The position numbers were made by a program, and so were the translations under genes. A stretch of 54,931 nt of DNA from a virus (taxonomy: Duplodnaviria > Heunggongvirae > Uroviricota > Caudoviricetes): IMG/VR virus record IMGVR_UViG_3300010218_000003, positions 66,124 to 121,054 of that record. The stretch is one strand, 5' to 3'. A model generated the notes under the pieces. It saw only the letters and a program-made list of their open reading frames with translations, was not told the origin of the DNA and did not search any database. Shown here piece after piece: positions 39,593-46,936 of this stretch (positions within the stretch are counted from its first letter, which is position 1; the number at the start of each line of letters is the position of its first letter).

Positions 39593-40561
39593 TTAAATCA
39601 AGTGACTAAACGCTTGCTTAGTGAGCTTTTCCCAGTTGTACTCTTCGTGCAACATTGGTGCCTGAGCGTAAAATCGGTCACTCAATGCATTGAAGTTGTT
39701 GTAGGCATATCTGTATAGTTCTACAAGTTCATCAAAGTTTGGCTCCAGCATCTTTCCTGGGTGAACACCGGGCCATGGTGATTCAGCAAGCTTGGATGAC
39801 AGACCTAGCGGACCAAGATAATCCTTGTACTGGGCCCACTTGGCGGTGCAGATGGTAGGCATTCCTGTGGCGATAGCCTGAAATGGAATAAGACCGAAGC
39901 CTTCTCCCCAACTTGGATAAACCATTACGTGGTGCTGCTGTACAAAGCCTACAAGGAGGTCTTCTGGGAGTTCCTTGGTGATGAGCTTGACGTTGCTGTA
40001 CTCGTCTGGAGATCCAACAATTCGTCCGTTGACCATTCGTCGTACACTGTTGATTCTATGAGCCTTGATGGTTAGTTCTACATCATCTTGATCTCCGAAC
40101 GCCGCGCGAAATGCATCTAGTGCCATCTGTCCACCCTTACGAGGTGCTGGCTCTCCCATGTGAAGGAACTTCATCTTTGTATAGACATTGCGCTTCTTTG
40201 GCTGCCATTGTGGATCAATACCGTGTGGATAAACCTTTACATTCTTCACACCGGCCTTTGTGTACCAGCGCTGAATAAGATCACTAGTTGTCCAGACTTC
40301 ATCGGCTAGATTCATCTGCTCAAGCCAGCACGGTGGAAGATGGGTTGACTCCCATGGAGTATATCCGATATGATAGCCAAGTTGGTTAGACCACTCCCAG
40401 TAATCTGGCTGTGAGAAGAAGATCTCGATCTTGCAATTCTTGTCTGCGAAGGGAACTCTATGTCCTAGCTTTTGCAGACTTCTGACCATGTTGAATCCGG
40501 CAACTCCATAACCAATCGTTGTGTTAAGATTGCCAGCAATAGTGGAAAAACTGATGTCCAC
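39593..40561 (-). CDS. Glycosyltransferase family 4 (GT-B)
   Basis: PHGID, RKG, YPSWGEGFGLIPFQAIATGMP donor-binding motif. Confidence 0.88.
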   Translation of the reverse strand: MDISFSTIAGNLNTTIGYGVAGFNMVRSLQKLGHRVPFADKNCKIEIFFSQPDYWEWSNQLGYHIGYTPWESTHLPPCWLEQMNLADEVWTTSDLIQRWYTKAGVKNVKVYPHGIDPQWQPKKRNVYTKMKFLHMGEPAPRKGGQMALDAFRAAFGDQDDVELTIKAHRINSVRRMVNGRIVGSPDEYSNVKLITKELPEDLLVGFVQQHHVMVYPSWGEGFGLIPFQAIATGMPTICTAKWAQYKDYLGPLGLSSKLAESPWPGVHPGKMLEPNFDELVELYRYAYNNFNALSDRFYAQAPMLHEEYNWEKLTKQAFSHLI

Positions 40562-40577
40562 TGTCGTCCTTTCGTCG

Positions 40578-40634
40578 TTGACATGCTCTTTGAGCTGTGT
40601 TACGATTATATCAGTTGGTTGAGCTATGACTCAA
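40578..40634. promoter_or_regulatory. Overlapping divergent promoters
   Basis: Plus: TTGACA(40578)-N17-TACGAT; minus: TTGAGT-N18-TATAAT(40605-40610) driving the glycosyltransferase. Confidence 0.7.
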
Positions 40635-40647
40635 CATCAATGCAAGC

Positions 40648-40676
40648 TTGACACGTGCTGGGAACCGTGATAGCCT
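40648..40676 (+). promoter_or_regulatory. Promoter for candidate small RNA
   Basis: TTGACA-N17-TAGCCT. Confidence 0.7.
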
Positions 40677-40682
40677 GAAGTT

Positions 40683-40765
40683 ATTCAGGATGTTGCTGCG
40701 ACCAACATCGTGGTCATTTGTTTAAATGCCCTAGGAGAGGTCGCAGCCTCCTAGGGCATTTTTAT
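40683..40765 (+). ncRNA. Candidate ~80-nt small RNA with complementary hairpin loops
   Basis: Promoter upstream; 7-bp hairpin (loop CTGCGAC); 14-bp terminator hairpin (loop AGGTCGCAGC) plus T tract; no ORF. Confidence 0.55.
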
Positions 40766-40929
40766 TGCTCTGAGGGTTTAGGAAGCTCTCTCATCTGCGG
40801 CTGCGACAACGCCGAAACTAGCCCCAAGGGACAAGGTGGGAAGATGGAGGCACGGCTGAGGCTAATGCAGGAGGCTGGGGTATAGGCGAATTCTACGAAT
40901 GTCACTGTTTTCGTAGTCTAATGGACTTC

Positions 40930-40958
40930 TTGACCCGTTCTTCCTCCATGCCTATACT
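40930..40958 (+). promoter_or_regulatory. Promoter for the rightward accessory operon
   Basis: TTGACC-N17-TATACT. Confidence 0.7.
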
Positions 40959-41127
40959 ATGCCTGGAAATTCAAAGTGAAGAAGTCAACAAAAGGTTGAC
41001 ACCCAGAGTTCAAGGTGCGTGTGACTGCGAGGCCCTTGAAGTAACAGTGAGATGACTCAGCAGCAAGTGATTATCACTTAGGGCACGCTGGGGGGGGATA
41101 TAGATTTGTCTATTGATAAGGAAGTCG

Positions 41128-41286
41128 ATGGGTAAAGAAAAAGGCTACTGGATAGTTACTTACACCGACAACAAGGGGAAGAAGCAGCTAAAGACTGTAA
41201 ATTCTCTGAAAGAGCTAGATGAACTGTCAGTTAAGGTGAAGAAGGTCGGAATAACCGACTTCAACGTCAAATTTGTTAAGGAGTAA
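41128..41286 (+). CDS. Small hypothetical protein (52 aa)
   Basis: Manual ORF MGKEKGYWIVTY...VKE; AAGGA RBS. Confidence 0.7.
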   Translation: MGKEKGYWIVTYTDNKGKKQLKTVNSLKELDELSVKVKKVGITDFNVKFVKE

Positions 41287-41287
41287 A

Positions 41288-41452
41288 ATGATCAACGTAG
41301 ATCGCTACTACCTCAAGTACGAACTAGATGGCCAGTCTTACGAGACTTCTGAGCTGTACACAAAGCGTCAGGCCAATGTCGAAAAGTCCATTCTTGAGGA
41401 AGACGGAGCAAAGAACGTCCGTATCGTTAAGTACGTCTCTGTGCTTGACTGA
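41288..41452 (+). CDS. Small hypothetical protein (54 aa)
   Basis: Manual ORF MINVDRYYLK...VLD; AAGGAG RBS. Confidence 0.7.
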   Translation: MINVDRYYLKYELDGQSYETSELYTKRQANVEKSILEEDGAKNVRIVKYVSVLD

Positions 41453-41471
41453 TTACGCATCAGTTACAAGC

Positions 41472-41500
41472 TTGACACCAAACTGTAACTCTAGTAGAGT
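41472..41500 (+). promoter_or_regulatory. Promoter for transglycosylase gene
   Basis: TTGACA-N17-TAGAGT. Confidence 0.75.
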
Positions 41501-41548
41501 CATACGACATGACCGGGCGGCGTGAGTCGCCCACTACTTGGAGGACCA

Positions 41549-42094
41549 ATGAGTCAAGATATGAGGGGTAACATAGCAGCTATGGCCCTTTGCCTAGGTG
41601 TTGTTGTGGCAGTTACTGCACAGGCAGCATCAGACATGGGTGTCAGTCCGCTTGAGGCTAATAAGCCAAAGGTTACCCAGTCAGTCTCACCAGAGGCGAC
41701 ACCAAGCACGGTTGTCAATACAGTTTCACCGTCACCGTCCTTGTCTACGATTAAGATTGAGCCGGTGGCTTATTCTAAGTCCGTTAGCAGTACCAAAGCT
41801 TATGCAAAGTCTAAGCTAAAGAAGAAGTATCCAAGATCATACAAGAAGCAGTATTCATGCCTTGTCAATCTTTGGAAGAAGGAGTCTAACTGGAATTACA
41901 AGGCCAAGAATCGTCATTCTGGAGCCTATGGAATTCCTCAGTCACTGCCTGGCTCAAAAATGAAGGCGGCGGGCAAGGACTGGAAGACTAATCCTCGTAC
42001 TCAGGTACGCTGGGGACTAGACCACTACATTTACAAGCGTTACGGTACGCCTTGTACAGCTTGGAGTCACTTCAAGAATAAGGGCTGGTACTGA
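41549..42094 (+). CDS. Secreted lytic transglycosylase (SLT family)
   Basis: Signal peptide, S/P/T linker, KESNW...SGAYGIPQ.LP...NP.TQ..WG..YI..RYG; GGAGG RBS. Confidence 0.85.
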   Translation: MSQDMRGNIAAMALCLGVVVAVTAQAASDMGVSPLEANKPKVTQSVSPEATPSTVVNTVSPSPSLSTIKIEPVAYSKSVSSTKAYAKSKLKKKYPRSYKKQYSCLVNLWKKESNWNYKAKNRHSGAYGIPQSLPGSKMKAAGKDWKTNPRTQVRWGLDHYIYKRYGTPCTAWSHFKNKGWY

Positions 42095-42134
42095 CAGTCT
42101 TGTAAAAAACTTCTAACAATGATATCATCCGAGT

Positions 42135-42611
42135 ATGAAAACAGATGAGGATCGTTGTAGGGAGTACGGCGTTCCATATGATCCAAGCATTACGCGCCCG
42201 GCCGTTTATCAGCAATCAGGCTGGAAGTGTCATCTTTGTGGCAAGCGAGTTCGCAAGTCATTAAAGTATCCACATCCTAAGTCTGCATCTCTTGATCACA
42301 TCGTTCCTCTTAGCTGGAGGAAGGATTCACCGGGGCATGTTTGGGGAAATGTGGCTCTTGCTCACCTTCGCTGCAACCAAAGTAAAGGTGCAAGATTTGC
42401 GGGAAGTTCAAAGCCAGCCCCACGAAGGCCAGGTTTTGTCACTGTAACGCCGCTATGGAAGCTTAGACTGACTCTCTTTGCCATTACGGCAGCGCTATTC
42501 TATTTTAGTGCGTCACCGACAGTGTTGACGATATCAGCAGTGCTGTGTATACTGTCAGTAGTACCGCAAAGAAAAGTCCGTCGTCGTAGACGAGCCTGGT
42601 GGAAGCTCTGA
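42135..42611 (+). CDS. HNH endonuclease with C-terminal hydrophobic helices
   Basis: C..C...SLDHIVPLS...GH...NV.LAH..CN..KG; promoter TTGTAA-N17-TATCAT 6 nt upstream. Confidence 0.8.
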   Translation: MKTDEDRCREYGVPYDPSITRPAVYQQSGWKCHLCGKRVRKSLKYPHPKSASLDHIVPLSWRKDSPGHVWGNVALAHLRCNQSKGARFAGSSKPAPRRPGFVTVTPLWKLRLTLFAITAALFYFSASPTVLTISAVLCILSVVPQRKVRRRRRAWWKL

Positions 42612-42622
42612 TTTCACCGCCC

Positions 42623-42695
42623 TCCCCGTTAGTGGCAATGGCAAACACACTTCTCTCGTAAAGAAGAAATGCCGGTTCGATTCCGGCACGGGGAT
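42623..42695 (+). tRNA. tRNA-Thr (anticodon CGT)
   Basis: Acceptor TCCCCGT/ACGGGGA; D-arm with GG; anticodon stem CTTCT/AGAAG, loop CTCGTAA; T-arm GCCGG-TTCGATT-CCGGC; CCA not encoded. Confidence 0.85.
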
Positions 42696-42715
42696 CTTTT
42701 CTATTTGGAGGATCT

Positions 42716-42871
42716 ATGCCTGTTACTGGTAAATCCGGAAATGAACGAAACAAGCAAGGACTCTGTTACACCAAATACTGCACCGGCAAGAACCTTAGCA
42801 AAGCCATGTTCTATGGCAAGCAAGTTCTGTTTTGTCCGACGTGCAAAGACAAGAATAAGTATCTGAAATGA
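42716..42871 (+). CDS. Small Cys-containing protein (51 aa)
   Basis: Manual ORF MPVTGKSG...CPTC; GGAGG RBS. Confidence 0.7.
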   Translation: MPVTGKSGNERNKQGLCYTKYCTGKNLSKAMFYGKQVLFCPTCKDKNKYLK

Positions 42872-43029
42872 CACTCAAAGAACGAATATTCACAATAACG
42901 CTATTCATTGCGACTATTCTTGATCTTGTAAGCTTCATCCTATGGCCATCTGTTCTTGGCGGCGTCTCTTGCCTTGCTCTCAGTATGGTCTGTCTTATTG
43001 TCCTCCTAGAATACGGAAAGATACAATGA
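42868..43029 (+). CDS. Small membrane protein (53 aa, 2 TM)
   Basis: Manual ORF MTLKERIFTITL...; ATGA overlaps at both ends. Confidence 0.7.
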   Translation: MTLKERIFTITLFIATILDLVSFILWPSVLGGVSCLALSMVCLIVLLEYGKIQ

Positions 43030-43232
43030 CACGATGCGAACAGATTATCCGCGAATGCATGATTTCTTGCGGATGGCAAGCACATGAAGCTGACAGCGCT
43101 ATCGAAGATCTAAAGCGCGAGGCTATTGAATCAGATCAGGCATGGCAGCAAGAAACCCAGAATCTACACAGCGCGATAGATGATGCAGTAGAAGCCCTTC
43201 ACACGACTCTCTACAATTTGAGAAATGCGTGA
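43026..43232 (+). CDS. Hypothetical protein
   Basis: MTRCEQII... via ATGA overlap. Confidence 0.65.
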   Translation: MTRCEQIIRECMISCGWQAHEADSAIEDLKREAIESDQAWQQETQNLHSAIDDAVEALHTTLYNLRNA

Positions 43233-43244
43233 TAGACTAGATTC

Positions 43245-43544
43245 ATGTGGTCAGATTTTCATAAATACAATCAGCTCGTCAGGGATGGAAAAGTCCCGGC
43301 GCTAGTATGCCCAGATTGTCATAACAACTTAATATTGCGCGCAAAGCTTGATGCATCTTCCGACCCATATCTCTGGTGTCCGATCGATGATAAATATATC
43401 AAACCAGGATTAGGGATGCATCATCAAATCAAATCTGCAATCAAGGAGGTGGAGCGTGCTAGAACAGAAGCTAGAAGAGATTCTGGAATGGTTGCTAACT
43501 CTCTCCTTGGCAGTCAAGGAGAACCATTGGAATCTCCGAGGTAA
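43245..43544 (+). CDS. Hypothetical zinc-finger-like protein
   Basis: CPDC...LWCP; TAGACT 6 nt upstream. Confidence 0.6.
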   Translation: MWSDFHKYNQLVRDGKVPALVCPDCHNNLILRAKLDASSDPYLWCPIDDKYIKPGLGMHHQIKSAIKEVERARTEARRDSGMVANSLLGSQGEPLESPR

Positions 43545-43857
43545 GGAATTCTTCTATCTTCACGAGAAGCTAGATGAACTTCATGAAGATATCACCGAAT
43601 ACGCCGATACTGTTGCAGAGCGAGCACGAGCAAGAGAGATGTATCTTGCTCCAAAGGTCGCCTATGAATTCTCTGGTGAATCAGTCTCATATCTGCAAGT
43701 CGTAAACGGAGTGAAGTCTTCTCTTGAGAACTTGACAATGGTTCTGTCAGGTGCTATCTTTAATATTACCGACGACCTCGCTACGCAAGATGTACTCATC
43801 GAAATTAAGCGCGGCGTCGATAAGTGGCTCTGGATGTTTACAGAGTCAGCAAGATAA
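43456..43857 (+). CDS. dps: Dps/ferritin-like protein
   Basis: HWNLRG.EF..LHE.LDE......D.VAER ferroxidase signature; C-terminal K..W. Confidence 0.85.
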   Translation: MLEQKLEEILEWLLTLSLAVKENHWNLRGKEFFYLHEKLDELHEDITEYADTVAERARAREMYLAPKVAYEFSGESVSYLQVVNGVKSSLENLTMVLSGAIFNITDDLATQDVLIEIKRGVDKWLWMFTESAR

Positions 43858-43868
43858 ACAACTTAATA

Positions 43869-43899
43869 GCAGGGCACCCAATCGGGTGCCCTGCCTTTT
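43869..43899 (+). terminator. Terminator after dps
   Basis: GCAGGGCACCC-AATC-GGGTGCCCTGC followed by CTTTT. Confidence 0.8.
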
Positions 43900-43915
43900 G
43901 TCTATAAGGAGACCA

Positions 43916-44800
43916 ATGAAAAAGCCCGACATCCAGCGTCTTATGGATTGGCGGGGCGCAGTTTCATTCGGATCAGTGCTGATCGTTGCTCTCGCTTTGA
44001 GTTGGTGGAGCCTATATTCAATGGCTGTGGAATTCTACGGAGTTCCCAAGCAACTAGCTTTCGGAGTGAGTATTGCGTTCGACGGCGCTGCTTTGTTTGT
44101 TGCTGACCTTGCATCCAAGTACGCTCGAACAGAAGATAGTGGTCTAGCTCCAAAGCTGGCCACTTACGCATTTGTAGGAACATCTGTATACCTGAACGTA
44201 GAGCACGCAGCGCTGCTTAACTACGGGACTCCTGGAAAAGTTCTTTTCGGTGCCCCTCCAGTTATCGCAGGTGTATTGTTTGAATTGTACCTGCGCTTCG
44301 TACACCGTTCTGAGATGCGTTCCAACGGACTGGTTCCCAAGCGTATGCCAGTCTTCGGCAAGGTAAGCTGGATGATCTTCCCAGGGAAGACATTCAAGGG
44401 ATTCAAAAATGTTGTGTTCTTCCGACTCAATGAAGTCGTGACAAACGTGACAGGTGAAAGTTTGTCACGCAAGCGTGACAAGCCAGTGACACCGAAGAAA
44501 ATGTCACGTGACAATCGTGACAAAACAGGTGACAAAAGTGTCACAAAGCCTGTCATGACAAAGAGTGACACGGCTGTCAAGGAAGAAGTGGCTGTCACGC
44601 CTATCGTGACAAAGATGACAGAAATTCCTCGTCGTGACGTGACAGATGACAAGCAAAAGAGCGTGTCACGCCTGGTCAAGGAGCTATGGGATGACGGGAC
44701 CCGTGACAAAGCTGAGCTGCGAAAGCTGATTAGTGACATCAAGGGTCGTGACATTCCTGCCAATACGATCACGGTTGCTCTGTCACGTATGTCACCTTGA
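43916..44800 (+). CDS. DUF2637-like membrane protein with basic C-terminal helical (HTH-like) domain
   Basis: Four N-terminal TM helices with ALSW..L...A and ..FDG motifs; AAGGAG RBS; C-terminal VSRLVKELWDDG.RDKAELRKLI. Confidence 0.7.
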   Translation: MKKPDIQRLMDWRGAVSFGSVLIVALALSWWSLYSMAVEFYGVPKQLAFGVSIAFDGAALFVADLASKYARTEDSGLAPKLATYAFVGTSVYLNVEHAALLNYGTPGKVLFGAPPVIAGVLFELYLRFVHRSEMRSNGLVPKRMPVFGKVSWMIFPGKTFKGFKNVVFFRLNEVVTNVTGESLSRKRDKPVTPKKMSRDNRDKTGDKSVTKPVMTKSDTAVKEEVAVTPIVTKMTEIPRRDVTDDKQKSVSRLVKELWDDGTRDKAELRKLISDIKGRDIPANTITVALSRMSP

Positions 44801-44832
44801 CACGTGACAAAAAAGGTGACACTCTAGTGACA
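44438..44832. repeat. Dense array of GTGACA/TGTCAC hexamers
   Basis: 23 exact copies counted by hand in 395 bp, both orientations, different reading frames, continuing past the stop codon. Confidence 0.9.
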
Positions 44833-44978
44833 TGAACATAGATGACCTCATTGAGGAGTGGCATGACGGTGACAGTCCTCTGCCACTCCATGAGTTCTTG
44901 GGAATGACACTTGAAGAGTACGACCTGTTTGTTAGGTTTGGGACTCTTCCAGAAGGGATAACTGATGGCCGTTCCTAG
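44832..44978 (+). CDS. Small hypothetical protein (48 aa), leaderless
   Basis: MNIDDLIEEWHDGDSPLPLHEFLGMTLEEY...; TTGACA(44797)-N17-CACTCT ends 6 nt upstream. Confidence 0.7.
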   Translation: MNIDDLIEEWHDGDSPLPLHEFLGMTLEEYDLFVRFGTLPEGITDGRS

Positions 44979-45126
44979 ACCTAGGAATGTGAACGAAGCT
45001 AATCGAATACTTGAGGCTGCTCAGAAGTCTTACGTCCGCGCCCGGCGCGAGAAGAATATGGGTGAGGCTACTAAGCAGTCAACAATAATCAAGGCAATGC
45101 ATGATTGGTTGGCAGAACATGGGTGA
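44965..45126 (+). CDS. Small hypothetical protein (53 aa)
   Basis: Manual ORF MAVPRPRN...; AAGGGA RBS. Confidence 0.65.
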   Translation: MAVPRPRNVNEANRILEAAQKSYVRARREKNMGEATKQSTIIKAMHDWLAEHG

Positions 45127-45286
45127 TCTGAATGTGCGCAGAGCGCTGAATAGCTTGAGAGAGCAAAGGCGAGATGCTTCAAGGGCATATGAAAAGGCCC
45201 GGCGCATAAATGACCAAGTAGGAATGCAACGAGCGAAGAAAGAAATAAAGCGTCTAGACGGAGAGATTGAGAATCTAGGTGGATAG
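45119..45286 (+). CDS. Small basic helical protein (55 aa)
   Basis: MGDLNVRRAL...; overlaps neighbours. Confidence 0.65.
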   Translation: MGDLNVRRALNSLREQRRDASRAYEKARRINDQVGMQRAKKEIKRLDGEIENLGG

Positions 45287-45542
45287 ACAAGAAGCTTTGG
45301 AAATACTCGACTGCTTCCTCTTTGAGGACATAATAAACAACCGAAACCCGTATGAAGAACGATGCAAGATCACATATGTTGGTGATCATTTCGCAGTTCT
45401 CGACACTGAAACGGGCGAGGTTCATAAATTCAAGATGCAATTTGTAGAGTCCGACCTGGCGGAAGACGAGTGGAATCAAGTCTTCGAGAATCAGGAATGG
45501 GACTGGTATATCAACAGAGAATGGGAAAATGACGAAGATTGA
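45279..45542 (+). CDS. Hypothetical acidic protein
   Basis: 87-aa ORF in operon. Confidence 0.7.
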   Translation: MDRQEALEILDCFLFEDIINNRNPYEERCKITYVGDHFAVLDTETGEVHKFKMQFVESDLAEDEWNQVFENQEWDWYINREWENDED

Positions 45543-46266
45543 CGGTGTAGATTCAATTATCACTTGCCTTGACAAGGGCTATGTACGCCTTGTAGACTCT
45601 ATGGGCAGTGATCTTTCTATCGTCAATGCAGCTCGTGTATCCTATGCAAAGGAGTCAGATGACTTTTCCGACAAGGACGATAGACTACTAAAGTTCCTTG
45701 TCAGGGAAGGTCATCTTTCCCCGTTTAGGCATGCTGCATTGACATTTGAGGTATACGCTCCACTATTCGTGGCGCGTCAGTGGTGGAAGTATGCTGTGGC
45801 ATCTAGCCACCTGGAAGATCAAACTGGATGGAATGAGTCTTCTCGAAGATACATTACCGAGGAGCCGGAATTCCATGTTCCAGATATGACACAGTGGCGT
45901 ACAAAGCCTGCGAATAGCAAGCAAGGAAGCGGCCCGGCGCTAAAGGCTTATTCAGATACATGGCCTTATCATGACGCAGGAGACTTCTGGACAATGACAC
46001 TACAAACCTTCATTAATGAATCTGAGAAGCTTTATAATCAGGCTCTAGAAGCAGGTATTGCACCAGAACAGGCAAGGCTATTCCTTCCTGCATATGGAAT
46101 GTTCGTCCGGTGGCGTTGGACAACCTCTCTGGCTGCCGTAGCTCATTTCCTTGCAGAAAGACTAGAGCATGATGCGCAGTACGAGATTCAGCAGTATGCT
46201 AAGGCTGTCAATGATCTGACAAGCAATATCTTCCCAAAGACATTGGAGGCACTAAATGCAAAATGA
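45529..46266 (+). CDS. thyX: FAD-dependent thymidylate synthase
   Basis: NAARVSY, GHLSPFRH, FVARQWWKY, NESSRRY, EQAR..LP, AQYEI motifs. Confidence 0.92.
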   Translation: MTKIDGVDSIITCLDKGYVRLVDSMGSDLSIVNAARVSYAKESDDFSDKDDRLLKFLVREGHLSPFRHAALTFEVYAPLFVARQWWKYAVASSHLEDQTGWNESSRRYITEEPEFHVPDMTQWRTKPANSKQGSGPALKAYSDTWPYHDAGDFWTMTLQTFINESEKLYNQALEAGIAPEQARLFLPAYGMFVRWRWTTSLAAVAHFLAERLEHDAQYEIQQYAKAVNDLTSNIFPKTLEALNAK

Positions 46267-46474
46267 GCCCGGCGCAGAAGAAACAGATGTATTCGATAGA
46301 GATAGCTATGAAGTAGTAAATACCATTATGCTTCTAAGACTATATGATGTCATGATGTGTGTAGCAAGAGGGGTAAATCCAGAAGAAGCAGTAAAGCTGC
46401 TCGCACTGCATAAGCAAGGCAAAATTGCTGGGCCTCCGCCAAGCTGGGATATGAGCGATGACTCACAAGACTGA
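46256..46474 (+). CDS. Hypothetical protein
   Basis: 72-aa ORF overlapping thyX stop. Confidence 0.65.
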   Translation: MQNEPGAEETDVFDRDSYEVVNTIMLLRLYDVMMCVARGVNPEEAVKLLALHKQGKIAGPPPSWDMSDDSQD

Positions 46475-46685
46475 TAGTGTTGTAGGTTATCAAATGTACC
46501 GAGCCTTCTGCATTAGCTATGAGGCTCTAGACCTAGTAGAACTCGGTCTGCCAGGCTGTCTGCATTGCGGAAAAGAACCAACGACTATTATGGTCACCCC
46601 GGATTGTTTTAATTGTGAATGCGACGCACACGCCCGTTTCGAGCCATGCATGCATCTAGTCGGATTTGAATTGTGGCGAGACTAG
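46458..46685 (+). CDS. Cys-rich hypothetical protein
   Basis: C..C and C..CEC..H motifs. Confidence 0.6.
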   Translation: MTHKTDSVVGYQMYRAFCISYEALDLVELGLPGCLHCGKEPTTIMVTPDCFNCECDAHARFEPCMHLVGFELWRD

Positions 46686-46936
46686 CCGTCCCGGCAGCAA
46701 GATCATCTATTTTCAAATTCGAAATGTCAGTAATTTTTAGTCATGTATGATACATGCTTCGCATACCTTTGTAACAATCCGATTAGTGCGCCCATATCCC
46801 TTGACATTCTCTCCGGGGAAGGTTCCACAAGGCAGGGCAGGCCATTTGAAAACAGTGTTCAAAAGCCGTGTGCGCCCGTCTGCGGGCATGAAAGTGCCCC
46901 TAGGTACTCAGACCTAGGGGCTACTCTCAAAGGCTC

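Noticed and set aside
40996-41030. TTGACA at 40996 as a further promoter
   Set aside because: No TAnnnT -10 at 17-18 bp; it is one arm of the GTCAAC/GTTGAC hairpin
41501-41548. c-di-AMP riboswitch ahead of the transglycosylase (as for Streptomyces rpfA)
   Set aside because: Leader is ~45 nt with a single hairpin; far too short
44965-45286. Tandem paralogy of the two adjacent ~54-aa proteins (shared Y..ARR)
   Set aside because: Similarity too short to distinguish from compositional bias
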